Below are positions 59,706 to 64,000 of a stretch of DNA of 64,000 nucleotides, in pieces. The translations under genes were made by a program, and so were the position numbers. The stretch comes from Candidatus Thorarchaeota archaeon. GTDB lineage: Archaea > Asgardarchaeota > Thorarchaeia > Thorarchaeales > Thorarchaeaceae. The stretch covers positions 32,001 to 96,000 of the forward strand of contig JAGSHN010000020.1 of assembly GCA_029855935.1 (NCBI GenBank), read 5' to 3'. A model generated the notes under the pieces. The model saw only the letters and a list, made by a program, of their open reading frames with translations. It searched no databases and was not told the DNA's origin. Each line of letters starts with the position of its first letter. Position 1 is the stretch's first letter.

Positions 59706-60539
59706 CTACAGCCTCTCCGTTATCCAGTTGACGGCATCCTGCATCACAACTTCGCCCCCTTCCTCGTCGAAGGGCTCGTGATAGAGGCCCTCATATGAGC
59801 GCCACGTCTTGTCCGCCGATGCGAGATTGTCGTAGAACTTCCTTGTCACCTCCGGGACGACGATGAGGTCCTCCTCCGACTGCTGAACGAGGACGGGAAT
59901 CGCGATGGTAGGCGCTGCGGCCCTAGCTCGCGACGTTGAGGCAAAGCCCTCGGCAGCAAACCGGGCAGTGACGAAGTCGTATCTCAACGGATCCTCCTGA
60001 TTGCGTCTCACCGTTTCTGGATCTTTCGAGATGAGCGAGAGGTCCAGTCCGTTGGCGATTGGCCTCTTGACATTGATTGCCGACATCAACCTGACGAGTG
60101 CCCGAAGGACCCTGCTCACCTTCAACCTCTCACTCAGGCCCGGGTTGACGACTATCATACCGTCGAGCCTGTCCTGATGTTGTTCAGCATAGAGAACGCT
60201 TAGCAATCCGCCAAAGGAATGGCCCCATAGGAAAAGCTTCATTCCCGGATGGTGCTCTCGGATCCTGTCGACAAGTGCGTCGATGTCGTAGACGAATTCT
60301 TGGATACTCTCTACGTGACCCTTTATGCCATCGTATCTACCAAACGCACGGAGGTCCGGCACATAGACAACAAGGCCAGCCTCAGCAAAAGACCTCGGCG
60401 GAGTGATCAGCAGACCGCTGTGTGCGCCAAGCCCGTGGATGCACAGCACAACACCCCGGGGCTCGCCATCGGGGTGATACAGCTTCAGAAACATCTTCTT
60501 TCCGTCGTAGCCGACGTACTCGCTCTCTTCCTCTCTCAT
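59706..60539 (-). CDS. Lysophospholipase/monoglyceride lipase (alpha/beta hydrolase)
   Basis: CIHGLGAHS, DLRAFG, WGHSFGG, DLIV, YEGLYHE. Start placed at ATG 60539. Confidence 0.88.
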   Translation of the reverse strand: MREEESEYVGYDGKKMFLKLYHPDGEPRGVVLCIHGLGAHSGLLITPPRSFAEAGLVVYVPDLRAFGRYDGIKGHVESIQEFVYDIDALVDRIREHHPGMKLFLWGHSFGGLLSVLYAEQHQDRLDGMIVVNPGLSERLKVSRVLRALVRLMSAINVKRPIANGLDLSLISKDPETVRRNQEDPLRYDFVTARFAAEGFASTSRARAAAPTIAIPVLVQQSEEDLIVVPEVTRKFYDNLASADKTWRSYEGLYHEPFDEEGGEVVMQDAVNWITERL

Positions 60540-60750
60540 TGGAATCGGCCTCGTGACAAGGAAGACATTGATACTTGCATTCTCGTTTCCTTGGTGGGAT
60601 AAAAAGGATTGCCAGTCACATACCGAAGCTCCTAGTGGTACCAGCAGGGAGCATGTCACAACTCAGGTTTCACCACAGCCTCTTCCCAGTAGCGGGACGA
60701 AGAGTCCCACACGGTGAACCGGCAAGTCTCTCGTGCAACGGGAGTCAATA

Positions 60751-60805
60751 TTTATAAGCGCACTTATATACGACCGAGTAGTCCTATATAAAGGGGCAGG
60801 AGGAG
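60751..60805 (+). promoter_or_regulatory. TATA-rich promoter and RBS of tbp
   Basis: TTTATAA (60751), CTTATATA (60763), CTATATAAA (60784), GGAGGAG (60799). Confidence 0.55.
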
Positions 60806-60809
60806 CACT

Positions 60810-61415
60810 ATGCCTCGACCAAAACCGAAGACGAAGATAGAGAATGTGGTAGCATCAGTCATTCTGAACCAGCGGCTTGACCTCGATGAGATTGCCGCAA
60901 CAATGCCCAACGTGGAGTTTGACCCCGAACAATTCCCGGGCCTGGTGTACAGGCTCAAGAAGCCGAAGACGGCCACACTGATCTTCAACAGTGGCAAGAT
61001 GGTCTGCACGGGAGCAAAATCGGAGAAAGAGGCCCGACGCGCCGTACACAAGATAGTCAAGAACATTCGTGAGGCTGGAATTGAGATCACGGGAAAGCCG
61101 ATCATAGTGGTACAGAACATAGTGGCGAGTGCCAGCCTCGGTGCAGAGCTGAACCTCGAGCTGGCCGCGATGAAGCTGGAGAACACTCTCTATGAGCCCG
61201 AGCAGTTCCCGGGTCTTATATATAGAATGCGTGACCCGAAGGTGGTCATCCTGCTCTTCGGCTCCGGCAAGCTTGTCATCACGGGAGCCAAGTTCGAGTC
61301 GCAGATCGATGAGGCCGCCGAGAAGGTCATGGACAGGCTCATAGAGCTCGGAGTGATGCGAATCCCGGAGGGCGAGGACTGGAGTATAGAAGAAGAGGAG
61401 GAAGAGGAGGAATAG
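60810..61415 (+). CDS. tbp: TATA-box-binding protein
   Basis: Two repeats: ENVVAS..PEQFPGLVYR..IFNSGKMVCTGAK and QNIVAS..YEPEQFPGLIYR..FGSGKLVITGAK; acidic tail. Confidence 0.97.
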   Translation: MPRPKPKTKIENVVASVILNQRLDLDEIAATMPNVEFDPEQFPGLVYRLKKPKTATLIFNSGKMVCTGAKSEKEARRAVHKIVKNIREAGIEITGKPIIVVQNIVASASLGAELNLELAAMKLENTLYEPEQFPGLIYRMRDPKVVILLFGSGKLVITGAKFESQIDEAAEKVMDRLIELGVMRIPEGEDWSIEEEEEEEE

Positions 61416-61501
61416 CACAGACTCTCCTCAAAGCTGGGAGATGGCCGGCCTACAGACCGGCCACTCTCAACCCAACGCGTCAAATCTAATCTCATTCTCC
61501 C

Positions 61502-62668
61502 TCAGAATATCTCGAAACCAAGTGGTGGTATTGACAGAATCAGCACCACCATGGCCACTATGAACAGCACGACACGGAGCGGGTTAACAGGAACCGTGTC
61601 GTTCAGCGGGCCTGGATGCTCCATTCCTCGCGATAGCAGCAAGACCAGCACGGCCATCATGAAATAGCCAGCGAGAGCCATTACTATCACCGCCGCCCAG
61701 CCGATGTACTTGTGCGTCCTCGAACTGACAAGGGCTCTGAGGGCATGACCACCGTCAAGCTGGCTGGTGGGGAACAGGTTGAGCGCCGTGACAAGGCATC
61801 CCACCCATCCGGCAAATGCCACAGGGTGCAGGAATAGGGTGCCGCCAGGCGGAATCCGACCGCCGAATAGCTGTTCGTAGAGGATGAAGATGAACGGCAC
61901 TGGAAGTGAGCCAGTCATATTCGGGAATGCTGCGTCAATGGCCTCAAGCTGATCTGCAGTGACGGGGACTGACAAGAGGAACCCCACATACAGCACGACC
62001 AGGGTGACAGCAAAGCCCGCAAAGGGACCAGCCACACCGAGGTCAAACAGGTCTCTCCTGGCACGGGGAGGACTCTTCTGCTGGATGAACGCTCCGAAGG
62101 TGCCACCGATAGAGGGCAGGCCGGGGATAAAGTACGGAGGAGTGGCCTCGATATGTCGTTTCTTTGCCATCGTGTAGTGGCCCATCTCGTGCGTCGCAAT
62201 GATCCCCATCAGAGAGAGAATGAAGATCCCGGTCACAAAGATGATGTCCCAGACCGTCCAGCCACCGGGATAGAAGAGCGTTAGAAATACCGGGCTTATT
62301 GCCTGAAGGAACCCGCCCAAAGCAATGGTCGCAAGCGTTGCAACGAAGAGTGCGTAGTTTATTCGTATGTCAGACTTGCCCTCTCGCTGGATTGGAACAA
62401 AACGTACCACATACGTTCCGGCACGGCGGTCGTGCCACCGCACGATAGGCCAGACCCGAAGCTGCTCGGCCGCAGCATCGAGCTCGGAGAAGACCCACTC
62501 CTGCTCCTCTCGGCGGGGTATCACGCCGTCAGGCCATCTGAAGAGGAACACAGGCTGGCCGAACTCCAGCGCGCTGGCCAGCACCTCGAAATGACGTGAG
62601 AGAACGTTATTGAGCTCCGTGAATGTCGGGTAGCTCAGTACCCGTCCACTGTAATCATCCATAGCCAA
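61502..62668 (-). CDS. Site-2 protease (peptidase M50)
   Basis: HEMGH, GTFGAFI, AGPFAG, LHPVAFAGWVG, LNLFP..LDGGH. Confidence 0.92.
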   Translation of the reverse strand: MAMDDYSGRVLSYPTFTELNNVLSRHFEVLASALEFGQPVFLFRWPDGVIPRREEQEWVFSELDAAAEQLRVWPIVRWHDRRAGTYVVRFVPIQREGKSDIRINYALFVATLATIALGGFLQAISPVFLTLFYPGGWTVWDIIFVTGIFILSLMGIIATHEMGHYTMAKKRHIEATPPYFIPGLPSIGGTFGAFIQQKSPPRARRDLFDLGVAGPFAGFAVTLVVLYVGFLLSVPVTADQLEAIDAAFPNMTGSLPVPFIFILYEQLFGGRIPPGGTLFLHPVAFAGWVGCLVTALNLFPTSQLDGGHALRALVSSRTHKYIGWAAVIVMALAGYFMMAVLVLLLSRGMEHPGPLNDTVPVNPLRVVLFIVAMVVLILSIPPLGFEIF

Positions 62669-62744
62669 CCGTACTTGCCTCCGCCTTGAGCGGCAGACTT
62701 GCCTGCGCGCCTCTGCCTATAAGAATAATGCAGCAGGCAGAGCC

Positions 62745-64000
62745 CTACAACTCCAGCCGAGAGACTGTACAGAACGTCTCATGGATTGTCTCCAAGAGGT
62801 CACCAGTCCCGTCGCAGCCCCCGACCAGAGTGACGGGAACACCAAGCTCCCGAAGCTGCTCCGCGAGTCTGCGGTCGGACTGGGGCGCTGTGGCCACAAC
62901 AATCACATCGGCCGGAAGTATCGTTGTCTCTCCCTCAAGTTCGACCACCACGTTATTGAAGGAAACCTGTACGACCGTGGCCTCTGTGTGCATCTTGACG
63001 CCTCGTTCGCGAAGCATCTTCAGAACAACCCATCTTGTCGAACGCCCCAGTCCAGCTCCAATCGCGCTACCTCGTTCGACGATTGTCACATCTTGAGAGA
63101 ACTGTGTGGCTCTCAGCGCGGCGTAGCACCCCAGCACCATTCCCCCGACAACGACAACGCGGTCCGCAAGTCCAACACCATATTCCATCACGTGCTGCGC
63201 AGACACAACGGTCGGGGACTCTACACCATCAACAGATGGTGCTGCGTCAATCGCTCCCATCGCACAGATGACGTGGTCGAAACCCTCATTCCTCAGCATC
63301 TCCGCTGTCGCGTGCACTCCCAGCCTGAGGTCAACACTCAGACGCCGCAGCTCTCGCATCATATACGTGACATACGAGGCGAACTCACCACGGCCGGGTG
63401 CCCGTGCTGCAAGCCTCAGTCCACCCCCCAAGATGGGTCGACGCTCGTAGAGAACAACCTCAACTCCTCTCAGAGCAAGAACTCTTGCGGCCTCCATTCC
63501 CGCGGGACCGCCGCCCACAACGGCAACCCGTCCCTCTGCCGGGGGACCGACACGTCGCTCACTCTCAAAACCAGCCAGAGGGTTGATGGCACATGTGACG
63601 GCGCCAAGTGAGAACACACGGTCGAGGCAGCCCTGATTGCAACCCACGCAATAGCGGATCTCGTCCTCACGGCCCTCTCGAATCTTGCCGACCACCTCAG
63701 GGTCTGCGATGAAGGCGCGAGCCATCCCTATGAGATGGACCCGTCCCCTATCAAGGATCCTCTGCGCCACCGTCGGGCTGTTGATTCTGTTGCACGCTAT
63801 GACCGGCACATCAACGACCTCTGAGATGCCCTCCGCCAAGTACGCGTAGTGACCGCGTGGGACATCCATCGTTATCTGCGGTACCCGGGACTCGTGCCAC
63901 CCCCCGGTGACGTCGAAGCAGTCCACACCAGCCTCTTCAAACATCGGAGCAAGGCGCTTGTTGTCCTCGAGTGTGAGCCCACCCTCGACGAAGTCCTCCC
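62745..64000 (-). CDS. fadH: NADH:flavin oxidoreductase / 2,4-dienoyl-CoA reductase family (5' truncated by window edge)
   Basis: GGWHESRVP, ARAFIADP, CVGCNQGCLD..CAINP, VVGGGPAGMEAA. Frame is open to the window end. Confidence 0.8.
   Translation of the reverse strand, partial: EDFVEGGLTLEDNKRLAPMFEEAGVDCFDVTGGWHESRVPQITMDVPRGHYAYLAEGISEVVDVPVIACNRINSPTVAQRILDRGRVHLIGMARAFIADPEVVGKIREGREDEIRYCVGCNQGCLDRVFSLGAVTCAINPLAGFESERRVGPPAEGRVAVVGGGPAGMEAARVLALRGVEVVLYERRPILGGGLRLAARAPGRGEFASYVTYMMRELRRLSVDLRLGVHATAEMLRNEGFDHVICAMGAIDAAPSVDGVESPTVVSAQHVMEYGVGLADRVVVVGGMVLGCYAALRATQFSQDVTIVERGSAIGAGLGRSTRWVVLKMLRERGVKMHTEATVVQVSFNNVVVELEGETTILPADVIVVATAPQSDRRLAEQLRELGVPVTLVGGCDGTGDLLETIHETFCTVSRLEL

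Noticed and set aside
58860-59798. 312-aa ORF taken as an intact aldolase
   Set aside because: Its 5' part overlaps kdgK out of frame, and its 3' part is frameshift run-on into the convergent lipase gene.

Overview
GC-rich, densely coded archaeal DNA, most likely an Asgard archaeon of the Thorarchaeia type (inferred from archaeal TBP, mtd, FrhB, AOR and GGR, longin/roadblock-type proteins, a Ras/Rab-like GTPase and C-terminally anchored Ig-like surface proteins). About 50 CDSs; no rRNA, intact tRNA, CRISPR array or transposase recognised. Highlights: (1) a STAND/NACHT-type NTPase whose C-terminal ~11 helical repeats and terminal motif resemble the PC-repeat toroid of proteasome subunits Rpn1/Rpn2, divergent from a Rab-like GTPase with a degenerate G3 box; (2) tandem paralogs ending in 33-aa helical repeats with hypervariable positions, the complete copy being a STAND NTPase (NLR-like array); (3) a signalling locus with two longin + tandem winged-helix paralogs (NPRL2-like layout), a translationally coupled MinD-family ATPase, a pseudo-histidine kinase, a receiver and a PAS-PAS kinase, with a longin/uDENN-TackOD1-like fusion nearby; (4) a decaying island (Mrr-like, kdgK and eda pseudogenes). 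All family assignments come from motif recognition by eye; no searches were run.
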